Shown: positions 37,824-47,453 of the stretch, one piece after another | How the letters are laid out: each line of letters opens with the position of its first letter | Position numbering within the stretch: position 1 is the stretch's first letter | Origin: a bacterium BMS3Bbin03 | Lineage (GTDB): Bacteria; Zhuqueibacterota; JdFR-76; BMS3Abin05 | Assembly: GCA_002898015.1 (NCBI GenBank) | Contig: BDTM01000035.1 | Coordinates: forward strand, 42,401-106,400 | Direction: 5' to 3' | Length of the DNA: 64,000 bases | The notes under the pieces: model-generated | What the model saw: only the letters and a program-made list of their open reading frames with translations | Told to the model about the DNA's origin: nothing | The model's database searches: none | Program-made: the position numbers and the translations under genes

Positions 37824-40800
37824 ATGAAACGGATGAGACGAACAATTTATTTTTTGCTTGTTATGGGCATCGTGTTTTCAAGTGCCATTTTAAAAGCCGA
37901 GAGACCTGTAAAAAGCCAAAAATACCTGTTTGATGGAAGAGGGTACGTTCAACCTCACAAAGTGCTTTTAAAAGTAAAAACTTTTGCTTCCCTGAGGATG
38001 AAAGGGATTACTTTTTACAAGCCGGCATCTATAACCGGCCTGGCGTCGGTCGATCGGGTATTGGAAAAGTTTGAAGTAAAGTCCGTTAAAAAATATTTGC
38101 AGCACAAGCCCATTCCTGCCGGAATACCCGATGATATTGACCGGATTTATGAAGCACGATACGCCTCAGATGCACCGCCGTGGGAAGTGGCAAAGGAACT
38201 GGCAAAAGATCCGAATCTGGCGTATGCGGAACCCGTGCCGGTGTTTTTTTTAGAGGATACACCCAATGATCCCATGTATTCTCAACAGGCTCATCTGCCT
38301 CAAATTCATGCGCCCGAAGCCTGGGGTGTTCAAAAGGGCGACAGTTCTGTGGTTATTGCCATCGTCGATTGTGGCGTGGATTACAAGCATGAAGATTTAG
38401 CGGCAAATTCCTGGATTAATGAAAAGGAAAAAAATGGTCTGCCGGGAGTTGATGATGATGGAAACGGCTACGTGGACGATATTTATGGGTGGGATTTTGG
38501 CGAAAACGATCCGAATCCGATAAATCCCCCTCCGGATCCGCTCGGTTATTATGCCCACGGTACCCATGTGGCGGGATTGGCGGCGGCCGTCACAAACAAT
38601 GGTGTGGGGGTTTCGGGATCAAGCTGGAACTGCCGGTATATGGCGGTTAAAGCGGCTAAAGATGATGACCCGCGGTCCATTACGAATGGGTATCAGGGGA
38701 TCACGTATGCGGCAGATAACGGCGCCGATGTCATCAATCTGAGCTGGGGCGGCGGCGGTTATTACCAGGCCGGTCAGGATGTGGTGGAATATGCGTACAA
38801 CAAGGGATCCCTTGTTGTGGCTTCTGCCGGAAATGATCCAAATGATAAAGTGCATTACCCGTCCGGCTATCGCTATGCACTGAGCGTGGGTGTGGTTGAT
38901 TCTCACGATCGCAAACCGGCCTGGGGTACCTGGGGTCTTTCCGTAGATGTGATGGCGCCGGGCGTTCAGGATTTATCGACTCTGCCGGGAAACAAATACG
39001 GCAGGATGTCGGGCAGCTCCATGTCTGCCCCCGTGGCTGCCGGAGTGGTCGCTCTTGTGAAAGCCCGGCATCCGACTTGGTCTGTGCAGCGCATTATGAA
39101 ACAGGTTGCTTTTACCGCCGATAATATCGACGCCGAAAATCCGGGTGTCGAAGGATTGCTTGGCGGGGGAAGAATCGATGCCTATCGTGCTGTAACGGAG
39201 ACAAACCCCACACCTTCGCCCCCTAAAATAAAACTGATCAGCACGAAGATTTCCGATTCGGATTATGGGAACGGCAATGGGGTATTCGAACAGGGTGAAA
39301 CGATTACGATTGAACCTAAATTCCATAATTACTCCATGGGGACAGGAACAAATGTTCAGTTCTCTCTGAACACAGGTGACGATTCCAGCATTGTACTGAT
39401 TGCCAAATCAAGTACCGTCTCTTTTGTGGATGAGGAATCTGTTTTTGGTTTGCCGGAGAAGTTTTCTTTTTTAATAAAACAAAATGCGCAGTCTCACATG
39501 ACGCGATTTTTCATCGGATACACGACGAGCGAAGGATTCACGAGAGCGGATAGTTTCGATGTCTTGATCGGCAAGACTCCTGTCCTTATTGTTGATGACG
39601 ATGACGGCCAGAATAATGTTCAGGGGTTCTACATTTCGAGTTTAAAAACATTGGGCGTGAATTACGGAATCTGGACTCATGTAACGATGGGAACGCCTTC
39701 CAGCAGCTATCTTTCGAGTTTTCCGATTGTAATCTGGTCTTGCGAATGGGCCTTTCCGTCATTGGACTCCAGTGACCGGGCGGTATTACAAAAATATCTG
39801 GACGGCGGCGGGAACCTGTTTATTTCGGGGCAGGATATTGGTTGGGATTTGGTCGATCCCACAAGCGACGATCATAATGCTTCAAGCGAACAATTCTTTA
39901 AAGATTATCTGCATGCGGAATATGATGCAGATAATGCGAATGATAAGCGGGTCCGGGGTGTTTTCGGAGATCCCATCGGCAATGGCTTAAATTTTGAAAT
40001 TAACCAGCCGGGGCGGGATATTACAAATCAGTATCCCGATGTTCTGAGCCCTCTCCCCGGTGCGTTCCCCGTGTGGCAGTATGAGATAAATGGGGGTTAC
40101 GGAGGTGTGCGATTTGCCGGAGATTACCGGGTGGTTTATTTTGGTTTCGGTTTTGAAGCCATTGATGCGCCTACCGCCATCACCCAGGCGGGCGAGTATT
40201 CAAAAAATCGCGTGACCGTGATGCGAAGAGTGCTCGATTATCTTAATCCTATTCAGATGACGCCTTTAAAAGATTCGGAAAATATGGAAATTACATTTCC
40301 TGTGAATGCGATTCTGAAGGGTGATACGGTTGATCTGAAGGGAATGGTGCTTTATTGGAAATTTAAAGATGATTCCGTGTTCCGGGCCGTCCCAATGAGT
40401 CGTCAGGACCGTTTGTTCAAGGCCACGATCCCGGCCGCGCATCGCACAACGCATATTGATTATTATCTGGAAGTGGAGAATCAATATTATAAATGGAGTG
40501 CCCCGCCGGGAGCACCCCGTAACTATTATCAATTTTTTGTAGGACCGGACACGATTCCTCCCGTAATTGTTCATGAAAATCTTCCGGACATGTTTAATGG
40601 TGAAAAACCGTATTCCGTTCATGTCAAAGTGACCGATAATATCAGTCTGGATATGAATTCGGTTTTTGTTCACTATAAAGTCCGTTCCGTTGAGGACAGC
40701 CTTCAGCTCAGCCCCGGGGCGGAAACCGGTCTGTTTAAAGGGTCGATCCCGCCGGTGGCCGCTTATGGGGATACGCTTGTGTATTGGTTTACGGCAAAGG

Positions 40801-41639
40801 ATCGATCTTTGTTAAAAAACAGAGCCGTGTCTCAAAAATATCGTTTTCTTGTGGGATTGGACAACTTTGAACGGGGGTTATCCGGCTGGGTTGTTAACCC
40901 GCCCGGGTGGGGGCTGGACAATACGAATGCGCACTCCGGGGAATTTTCCATAAACGACAGTCCGGGTAAAAATTACGGTTTGAATGAAGTCACCATCATC
41001 CAAACGGATTTTGGATTCGATTTTTCCAGGGCCAAAAAAGCAATGCTGAGCCTGTGGACGAAATATTATCTTGAATTTGGTCATGATTTTGGTTATATTG
41101 AGGTTAGTCCGGATGGTGGGTCCACATGGAAACAATTGGGTGAAAAAATCGGCGGTGTTTCAACCCGGTGGAAAGAAATCACGCGTTCACTCACGCCTTA
41201 CACCGGAGCCGGTTTCGATCAGGTCAAACTGAGATTTCGAATGGTTTCGGACAATCATCAGGGTCCCCCCTTTATGGGCTGGTATATCGATGACGTTCAA
41301 GTCATAGAAGGTAAAGATCTAACAAGCGTCGCGTCAAACTCAAATGAAAATACGATCCCTAAAAGCTGGGAAGTATCTCAAAATTATCCAAATCCTTTTA
41401 ATCCTGAAACTCGAATTTCTATCCGGGTGCCCGGAAAACAGCTCGTAAGAATCGATGTCTATAATAGTATTGGGCAGCATGTGATCACCCTTGTCAAAAA
41501 AGTTTTACCTGCGGGGAATTATCAGTTTAATTGGAAAGGTGTGAACCCAAAAGGGGAAGAAATGCCGTCCGGACTCTATTTTTTAAGGGTCAGAGGTAAA
41601 AAATTTACAAAAATTCAAAAAATGGTTCTCATGCGCTAA
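37824..41639 (+). CDS. Subtilisin-like serine peptidase (S8) with large accessory domains and a T9SS C-terminal sorting domain
   Basis: 1271 aa. The catalytic triad is in context: Asp in VIAIVDCGVDYKHEDL, His in HGTHVAGLAA, Ser in GSSMSAPVAAGVVALV. The C-terminal CTD is NYPNPFNPETRISIRV...GLYFLRVRGKKFTKIQKMVLMR. Confidence 0.8.
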   Translation: MKRMRRTIYFLLVMGIVFSSAILKAERPVKSQKYLFDGRGYVQPHKVLLKVKTFASLRMKGITFYKPASITGLASVDRVLEKFEVKSVKKYLQHKPIPAGIPDDIDRIYEARYASDAPPWEVAKELAKDPNLAYAEPVPVFFLEDTPNDPMYSQQAHLPQIHAPEAWGVQKGDSSVVIAIVDCGVDYKHEDLAANSWINEKEKNGLPGVDDDGNGYVDDIYGWDFGENDPNPINPPPDPLGYYAHGTHVAGLAAAVTNNGVGVSGSSWNCRYMAVKAAKDDDPRSITNGYQGITYAADNGADVINLSWGGGGYYQAGQDVVEYAYNKGSLVVASAGNDPNDKVHYPSGYRYALSVGVVDSHDRKPAWGTWGLSVDVMAPGVQDLSTLPGNKYGRMSGSSMSAPVAAGVVALVKARHPTWSVQRIMKQVAFTADNIDAENPGVEGLLGGGRIDAYRAVTETNPTPSPPKIKLISTKISDSDYGNGNGVFEQGETITIEPKFHNYSMGTGTNVQFSLNTGDDSSIVLIAKSSTVSFVDEESVFGLPEKFSFLIKQNAQSHMTRFFIGYTTSEGFTRADSFDVLIGKTPVLIVDDDDGQNNVQGFYISSLKTLGVNYGIWTHVTMGTPSSSYLSSFPIVIWSCEWAFPSLDSSDRAVLQKYLDGGGNLFISGQDIGWDLVDPTSDDHNASSEQFFKDYLHAEYDADNANDKRVRGVFGDPIGNGLNFEINQPGRDITNQYPDVLSPLPGAFPVWQYEINGGYGGVRFAGDYRVVYFGFGFEAIDAPTAITQAGEYSKNRVTVMRRVLDYLNPIQMTPLKDSENMEITFPVNAILKGDTVDLKGMVLYWKFKDDSVFRAVPMSRQDRLFKATIPAAHRTTHIDYYLEVENQYYKWSAPPGAPRNYYQFFVGPDTIPPVIVHENLPDMFNGEKPYSVHVKVTDNISLDMNSVFVHYKVRSVEDSLQLSPGAETGLFKGSIPPVAAYGDTLVYWFTAKDRSLLKNRAVSQKYRFLVGLDNFERGLSGWVVNPPGWGLDNTNAHSGEFSINDSPGKNYGLNEVTIIQTDFGFDFSRAKKAMLSLWTKYYLEFGHDFGYIEVSPDGGSTWKQLGEKIGGVSTRWKEITRSLTPYTGAGFDQVKLRFRMVSDNHQGPPFMGWYIDDVQVIEGKDLTSVASNSNENTIPKSWEVSQNYPNPFNPETRISIRVPGKQLVRIDVYNSIGQHVITLVKKVLPAGNYQFNWKGVNPKGEEMPSGLYFLRVRGKKFTKIQKMVLMR

Positions 41640-41656
41640 TACCGAAAAAGGAGGTG

Positions 41657-41779
41657 ATGAGATTTTTATCCGAAAAATATTATTTACAAAAAGGAGGTGA
41701 GGCGAACAAAAAAATCCTTGTTGCGGATGAAAAAACCAGTCATGGATTAAAATTTATCGACTGGCAAATCGTAAAATAA
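41657..41779 (+). CDS. 40-codon small ORF in the cargo-gene leader (MRFLSEKYYLQKGGEANKKILVADEKTSHGLKFIDWQIVK); speculative
   Basis: It starts 2 nt after AAAGGAGGTG and contains a second AAAGGAGGTGA internally. It ends 27 nt before the next cargo gene. Confidence 0.2.
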   Translation: MRFLSEKYYLQKGGEANKKILVADEKTSHGLKFIDWQIVK

Positions 41780-41806
41780 TTTCAAACCAAAATGGAGGGT
41801 AACAAC

Positions 41807-44800
41807 ATGAGTAAAAGGTTGTTTTTATTTGCCACTGCGGTCATGTTGGCTGTATTTGGTGTGTTTGCGGTTTATGCTTCGAATAGTCCCCAAAAGTCGG
41901 TTGTGACAAGCAAGGTTAAAACCGTTCAGAAAAAGAAATTTCAAATGATTCGTTCTAACGGAACTGAAGCGGCCACGGCTGCCACACCATTATTCTTCGA
42001 TGATTTTGAAGGCACTAATCCCACATGGTGGCCCGATGCAAGCTGGAACAACACGGGTGATCCCGATCCCAATACCGGGCGCCAGTTTTCGAGAAAATCG
42101 ACGTGGGAATACACCGACTCATCGTATAGCAGCCCCACGCATAGCTGGCATAATTTGGTCAATGCCAATCAGGATCTGGACTTCTTGTTCTCACCTGTGT
42201 TTCACGTACCGGATTCGGTGACGATTGACGGGATTACCAGTGTACTAAAGGGCGGCTTTATCCAGTTTATGGCCAAAAAAGGCGGCAAAGGCATACTGAA
42301 TGTTTTTGTGAGCGCAGCCACTCCCCTTTGGGAAGTTGTATCCGATGATCCTCACAGCGGAGCCAATAATTATAATATGACTCAACCCAGTAACCCGATG
42401 CTGCATCAGTGGTTAATTTCTCCGAAAATTGATTTAACCGGAAAAACGGCGCCCAAACTGGATTTCTGGCACAATTATATTTCCGAAGACAAGTGGGATT
42501 ATCTGGCTGTAGATGTGTCTACCGACAGTTTTGCCACTTATACGAATCTGGCGTATTATACGGGCGAACAGGATGCCTATACAGAAGTAAATCTGGATTT
42601 GTCGGCTTTCGCCGGCGAGCAAATCTGGTTCCGTTTCCGCTACGTAGCCGATTATGGAGCAACAGCAGATAACGCGCATTGGGATGTGGATGACATTCTG
42701 GTTGCCGATGGCACCGATACGGTATTCTTTTCCGGTGCAGAAACTGAACCTGACCCCTTTACAAAGGCCGGGTTCATGGGCGGTACATCTGTTGCGGCAT
42801 TTAATACCGAACAGGATTGGGGCCTTGTCGATTTGGGTAATGTCCTTCTGAAAGGCGTTAAACCGGGTGTGGATGCGCGTTTGGCGTTTCAATGGACTAC
42901 TTCAGGAGACACCACGTTAACCGGCGCAGGCATCTATGTGGATGATGTCTCCGTTATTCCAATGGGAATGCAGCATGTCGATTTAGAAGCTGTTGGCGCC
43001 GCCGGCTTAAACAACGCTGCCCTTGGCAGACCGCTTAATGCAAAAGTTGTGGTTGCCAATGCGGGTCTCGATACGTTAAGCGGCCGTATTTCATGGCTGG
43101 CAAAAGTCTTTAAAAATGTAACTCCCGACAGCAGTGCTCTTGTCGGCAATATGGTTGGTTTTCAGCAAGTCAGTGGTTTCACTCCCGATTCAGTTATCTA
43201 TATTCCAACGCTGCAAAACACACGTTGGGTTCCAAAAGAACCGGGTGATTACACATTGGATGTGGATGTCATTTTCAATGGTGACACTTACATGTCCAAT
43301 AATAATGTGAAGGTAGATTTCACCGTACTCGGGCCTCCTTTTGCCATTCCGGTCTATCGTGAAGATTTCGAGCCCAGAGCCGGCCAGACGTCCTTAGCAG
43401 ATTTCGGGTGGACGGTTGACAATGGCGGCGGCGGTTCACACACTTGGGTTTATGATACCTGGATATATGGCTGGGGTCCGGTCATATCAGGATATTTTTA
43501 CGATTGGACGGCTGATTCTGCCAGTGCGGCACAGGCATTAGATGAAACGCTGACCAGTCCTGAAATTGACATTTCTAAGGTCAATTCGCATAATGTCCTG
43601 TTTTTGAACTGTTATATCTATTTCCGGCCCGGCCACGCCGGTCTGGGAGCCCCCTGGGGTGCGCAACCCAGCGATATGACGATTCAATATTCCGTAGACG
43701 GCGGCGCCTGGCAGCAAGCATTCTACTGGGCTGATAACGATACACTGCCCGGAGATTACAATCGTTGGCCGCAGACCCGGTTGGGTGTGCCGTATTATCA
43801 CAAAACCGACATGGTGCTTCCCGGAGCAGCCGGTGGAAAAACACTCCAGATCCGCGTCAACTTCACTTCTACGAACTCGTATCTCTTTGGCATCAACTTC
43901 GATGAGGTCATCATTTACCAGGGTCTGATTAATCCATTGTTAGGCAAGGTGAAAGATGTGCCCAACGATAATGGTAAACAAGTCCGCTTGAATTGGATGA
44001 GATCCTGGAACGATCTGATGACCGCTAAGGGTGAAGGTTTGCAGAATCCGGTGACGCATTACAATGTCTGGAGAGGCTTTGGAATCCCGGGCGCGGGAGA
44101 AGCCAGACATGTGACTTCAACGGAAGCCATGCTGCGTGGTGCTGCCGGCATGAAAATTGGTGACAAAGTCATCGTCGATGACAACAACATGCTGTGGGAA
44201 CTGGTGGGCTCTGTTCCGGCAATGGGATGGAAATTCTATTCCTACGTCGCTCCGACCCTTGAGGATTCTGTCAGCACCTCATTCATGGTTTCTGCTCATC
44301 TGACCAATCCGATGGTATTCGATTACTCAAATATCAGTGCAGGCATATCCATCGATAATCTGGCGCCGCACATACCGGGTGGACTGACGGGTGGTCAGGT
44401 AGATTCCCATGTAAAAATCGTCTGGCAGCCGGTAACCGATAATGACCTGATGTTCTATACGGTTTATCGCAGCCAGGGAAATGGTAATTTGGTGCGATTG
44501 ACAAGAACAACGAGCACCTCTTATGTAGATGCGAATGTCACTCTGGAGAAGACTTATCATTATGCCATTACCGCCACCGATTTTGGGTGGAATGAGAGTC
44601 AAAAATCGGAAAAACTGTCGGTTTCCGTGACCAGTGTGAATGAAAAAGTTTCTAATGCAATCCCGACGGATTACGCATTGAATCAAAATTATCCGAATCC
44701 ATTCAATCCGACCACGGAAATTCGCTACGCGATTCCAAAGAGTGCAAATGTGACCATTTCAATTTATAACGTATTTGGTCAGAAAGTACGCACGCTGGTA

Positions 44801-44944
44801 ACCGGATACAAGTCTGCCGGCTATTATGTGGCAAACTGGAATGGCCGTTCCGATAATGGTCGCGAAGTCTCTTCCGGTATTTATTTCTATGAAATTCATG
44901 CCGGTACATTTACGGCCACAAAGAAGATGACTTTAATGCGGTAA
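41807..44944 (+). CDS. Secreted protein with an FN3 domain and a T9SS C-terminal sorting domain
   Basis: There is a GGAGGG site 6 nt before ATG 41807, and a signal peptide. The FN3-like module is VKIVWQPVTDNDLMFYTVYRSQGNGNLVRLTRTTSTSYVD. The C-terminal CTD is NYPNPFNPTTEIRYAI...GIYFYEIHAGTFTATKKMTLMR. Confidence 0.65.
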   Translation: MSKRLFLFATAVMLAVFGVFAVYASNSPQKSVVTSKVKTVQKKKFQMIRSNGTEAATAATPLFFDDFEGTNPTWWPDASWNNTGDPDPNTGRQFSRKSTWEYTDSSYSSPTHSWHNLVNANQDLDFLFSPVFHVPDSVTIDGITSVLKGGFIQFMAKKGGKGILNVFVSAATPLWEVVSDDPHSGANNYNMTQPSNPMLHQWLISPKIDLTGKTAPKLDFWHNYISEDKWDYLAVDVSTDSFATYTNLAYYTGEQDAYTEVNLDLSAFAGEQIWFRFRYVADYGATADNAHWDVDDILVADGTDTVFFSGAETEPDPFTKAGFMGGTSVAAFNTEQDWGLVDLGNVLLKGVKPGVDARLAFQWTTSGDTTLTGAGIYVDDVSVIPMGMQHVDLEAVGAAGLNNAALGRPLNAKVVVANAGLDTLSGRISWLAKVFKNVTPDSSALVGNMVGFQQVSGFTPDSVIYIPTLQNTRWVPKEPGDYTLDVDVIFNGDTYMSNNNVKVDFTVLGPPFAIPVYREDFEPRAGQTSLADFGWTVDNGGGGSHTWVYDTWIYGWGPVISGYFYDWTADSASAAQALDETLTSPEIDISKVNSHNVLFLNCYIYFRPGHAGLGAPWGAQPSDMTIQYSVDGGAWQQAFYWADNDTLPGDYNRWPQTRLGVPYYHKTDMVLPGAAGGKTLQIRVNFTSTNSYLFGINFDEVIIYQGLINPLLGKVKDVPNDNGKQVRLNWMRSWNDLMTAKGEGLQNPVTHYNVWRGFGIPGAGEARHVTSTEAMLRGAAGMKIGDKVIVDDNNMLWELVGSVPAMGWKFYSYVAPTLEDSVSTSFMVSAHLTNPMVFDYSNISAGISIDNLAPHIPGGLTGGQVDSHVKIVWQPVTDNDLMFYTVYRSQGNGNLVRLTRTTSTSYVDANVTLEKTYHYAITATDFGWNESQKSEKLSVSVTSVNEKVSNAIPTDYALNQNYPNPFNPTTEIRYAIPKSANVTISIYNVFGQKVRTLVTGYKSAGYYVANWNGRSDNGREVSSGIYFYEIHAGTFTATKKMTLMR

Positions 44945-44962
44945 TTTGTTCCTGTTCAAAAA

Positions 44963-44994
44963 GCCATCCGGGATTTCCCGGGTGGCTTTTTTAT
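44963..44994 (+). terminator. Rho-independent terminator
   Basis: GCCATCCGGGATTTCCCGGGTGGC forms a 10-bp stem with one G-U wobble, followed by TTTTTTATATTTTTT. Confidence 0.75.
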
Positions 44995-45027
44995 ATTTTT
45001 TAGCAACGACCCAAATGGGAGGAAAAC

Positions 45028-45705
45028 ATGCGCCGGATAGTTGTCATTGTTTTGAGCAGTGTTTTTTTTAGCATAATAGCCGCGGGTTGTGGGGGGAATT
45101 TGAAAACACTAAATGAACCGCCTGCTTCTAAAAATACAATCCTGATTATCGGACAGGTGATTTTACAAAACTATTTTTACAATACCGATCAAACGGAAGT
45201 GATTAAAGATGGTATTCAGGTCGCCGTGATCGGAAAAATTGAGAAAAACGGGAAAAATAAGATTGTGGGCTATTGGGCCACAACCGATAAGAACGGCTAT
45301 TTTTATCTGGCGGATCTGCCTCCGGGTCAATACAATTTAAAGGGAATCAAAAGCGTGGTGGCCCGTGGGACATTGATCACGATTATAAATCCCCTGAAAT
45401 ATACAGGCAGTATCTTTCAGATTCAGCCGGGTGAAATTGTTATTTTTGACGGTACTTATCTCCCGTACAAAGCGCAAAACAGAGTGATCGATTTGCTGCA
45501 CAATGTCTTTACGATTGACAAGACCAGCGAAAATACGGGTAATGTGAATCATCGGACCTATCTGTCCCTGAAAAATGCAAAACTGGTCACGGGTGAGATG
45601 ATAACCGAACCGCCTGTTCCAAAATATTTTCTCTCCAAATATCCGGCAAATCCCTGGAAACCCTATCTGGAGAAAGTATTGATCAATGAAGAAAAGTCGG
45701 AATAG
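45028..45705 (+). CDS. Lipoprotein with a carboxypeptidase-regulatory-like beta-sandwich
   Basis: The lipobox is IAAGC. The TDKNGYFYLADLPPGQYNL motif is present. The Shine-Dalgarno site is GGGAGG. Confidence 0.5.
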   Translation: MRRIVVIVLSSVFFSIIAAGCGGNLKTLNEPPASKNTILIIGQVILQNYFYNTDQTEVIKDGIQVAVIGKIEKNGKNKIVGYWATTDKNGYFYLADLPPGQYNLKGIKSVVARGTLITIINPLKYTGSIFQIQPGEIVIFDGTYLPYKAQNRVIDLLHNVFTIDKTSENTGNVNHRTYLSLKNAKLVTGEMITEPPVPKYFLSKYPANPWKPYLEKVLINEEKSE

Positions 45706-45718
45706 GATTTATAAAGAA

Positions 45719-47392
45719 TCATTTTAGCTCTAACCAGATCGGATTTGAAAAAGAAGCTTTACCGGTGTCTGTGGCAGCTTCCAGCCTCAGATAAACTTCT
45801 TTCCGGGAGAGTTCAATTTTTCTAAAAATTCGGCTTCTGAAATTCGATTCTTTTCTTTCTTGGAATCTTAATTGTGTCTCCTGAATCTTTGCGCCGGATC
45901 TGTCAATTTTTCCAAGGAGCAATTTTATTTTGTGAAGCTTTCCAAATTCCGGCGTGGATTTAAAATCGGCCTGAATTTCAAAAGTACCTCCTGAAATTGT
46001 AGATCCCATTTCTGCGATTTCGCGGTTTTCATTTTGGGCCGTAAAATTCAGGGCCGGCCCGTCCGTGATGAAACAACGGCCTCTTTTCAGAGCGTTCAGG
46101 ATCGCTTCAAACGAGAAAGAATCCGCAAATACGCCGGTTCGCGTTTTGCCTAAAATTTGGCTGTTCTTTTCATGCATCTTGAAAAACGGAAAACGAACCT
46201 GGCGGTAGCGGTTAAAATTTCCATGCGCATCCGTTCCGGCGTAAATATATTTTTTGTATCCCCTGGCCAGACTCCATTTCCACAGGCGGAGCCCGTCTAT
46301 AAAACCCTGGTCGATAGCACCGTTGAGAATTTGCAAGCCTGACAGATTTTTATGAAGAATATCCTGCATTTCCCATTTTCCGCGATTAATGAGAATGCTC
46401 TCCAATTTTGGGACGGGCACCGCGGGGTGTGCGGCGATTGCGGCGGCTGTATCCGGAATTTTTTGCAGAAGATCCGGAATGCTGCTTTCCGAATAAAATT
46501 TAAACCACTTTTCAGCCCCATCGCCGCTTCCTTTGTGAAACCGGGGATCGTTGAGAATCAGGAAATGCACGTTTCGGTTACGCCTGTTTCTGACGGTGAC
46601 CTCTTCCCCGGAAATCATGATCGGCTTTTTTCCGTTTGACGGTTTGTTCAATTGAGAAAGTTCTTTCCGGAATCGTTTCCATTTTGTAAGTTTGGGATCA
46701 TTCTTGATATAATTGTCGATGAAATCATCCAGATCGTAGGAGTGGTCTGTTACGGCCACAAAGGAGAGCCCGACCGCTTCGGCCGCCTCCTGAATGGCGG
46801 GTAAAGGCGCACCGAATTCAACCTGATCGCTTGTGTAATTGGAGTGGGTATGCAAATCACCGTAAAACAAACCCGGCAGGCAGGGAAGTTTGGACGAGCT
46901 GATTTTGACGCACAGCGGCGCGTGTGACGTCCCCGTATAATTGTCATTTTGAAAATTGTAAATCTTTTTTTTATGTCGAATCGTAATGGTAACATTCAGT
47001 TCGATCGTCCCTGTGTTCATGCCGGAAGGGTCGAGCCAAAACTGTCTGTGCCAGAAAGGGCTGTCCAGTTTAAGCGAATTGTCAAAAAGAATTTTGTGCG
47101 AAAGTCCTTCTCCGTTTAATTTGAAATCAACCCGAATAGTCCGAAGCTCAATCGGGAAAAGGTGGGCATCTTTAATAATGACGAGCACGGGCAGTTTTTG
47201 TCCGGGTTCGAGCCGGTGGGGGGCATCCGCCAGAATTTCCGGAAAAAGGTGCTTCAGGCGGCTGTAAATTCCCTTGAACTGATAGTGAATTTCGGCATAA
47301 AAGAAACCCGCCGAAAACAAATAACACGTCCATTGGAACAAATTCCCGGAATGATTTAAATAAAAAGAGTGTTCCCAGATCATAAATGACAT
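45719..47392 (-). CDS. PHP-domain metal-dependent phosphoesterase with an extra C-terminal domain
   Basis: 557 aa. The PHP motifs are GDLHTHSNYTSD, VAVTDHSYD and GTDAHG. Confidence 0.6.
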   Translation of the reverse strand: MSFMIWEHSFYLNHSGNLFQWTCYLFSAGFFYAEIHYQFKGIYSRLKHLFPEILADAPHRLEPGQKLPVLVIIKDAHLFPIELRTIRVDFKLNGEGLSHKILFDNSLKLDSPFWHRQFWLDPSGMNTGTIELNVTITIRHKKKIYNFQNDNYTGTSHAPLCVKISSSKLPCLPGLFYGDLHTHSNYTSDQVEFGAPLPAIQEAAEAVGLSFVAVTDHSYDLDDFIDNYIKNDPKLTKWKRFRKELSQLNKPSNGKKPIMISGEEVTVRNRRNRNVHFLILNDPRFHKGSGDGAEKWFKFYSESSIPDLLQKIPDTAAAIAAHPAVPVPKLESILINRGKWEMQDILHKNLSGLQILNGAIDQGFIDGLRLWKWSLARGYKKYIYAGTDAHGNFNRYRQVRFPFFKMHEKNSQILGKTRTGVFADSFSFEAILNALKRGRCFITDGPALNFTAQNENREIAEMGSTISGGTFEIQADFKSTPEFGKLHKIKLLLGKIDRSGAKIQETQLRFQERKESNFRSRIFRKIELSRKEVYLRLEAATDTGKASFSNPIWLELK

Positions 47393-47453
47393 TCCATTTT
47401 TTAGTTTCTTTGCGGTTTAACCGGCTCTGCCCAAAAATCAAAAAGTGAACGGG

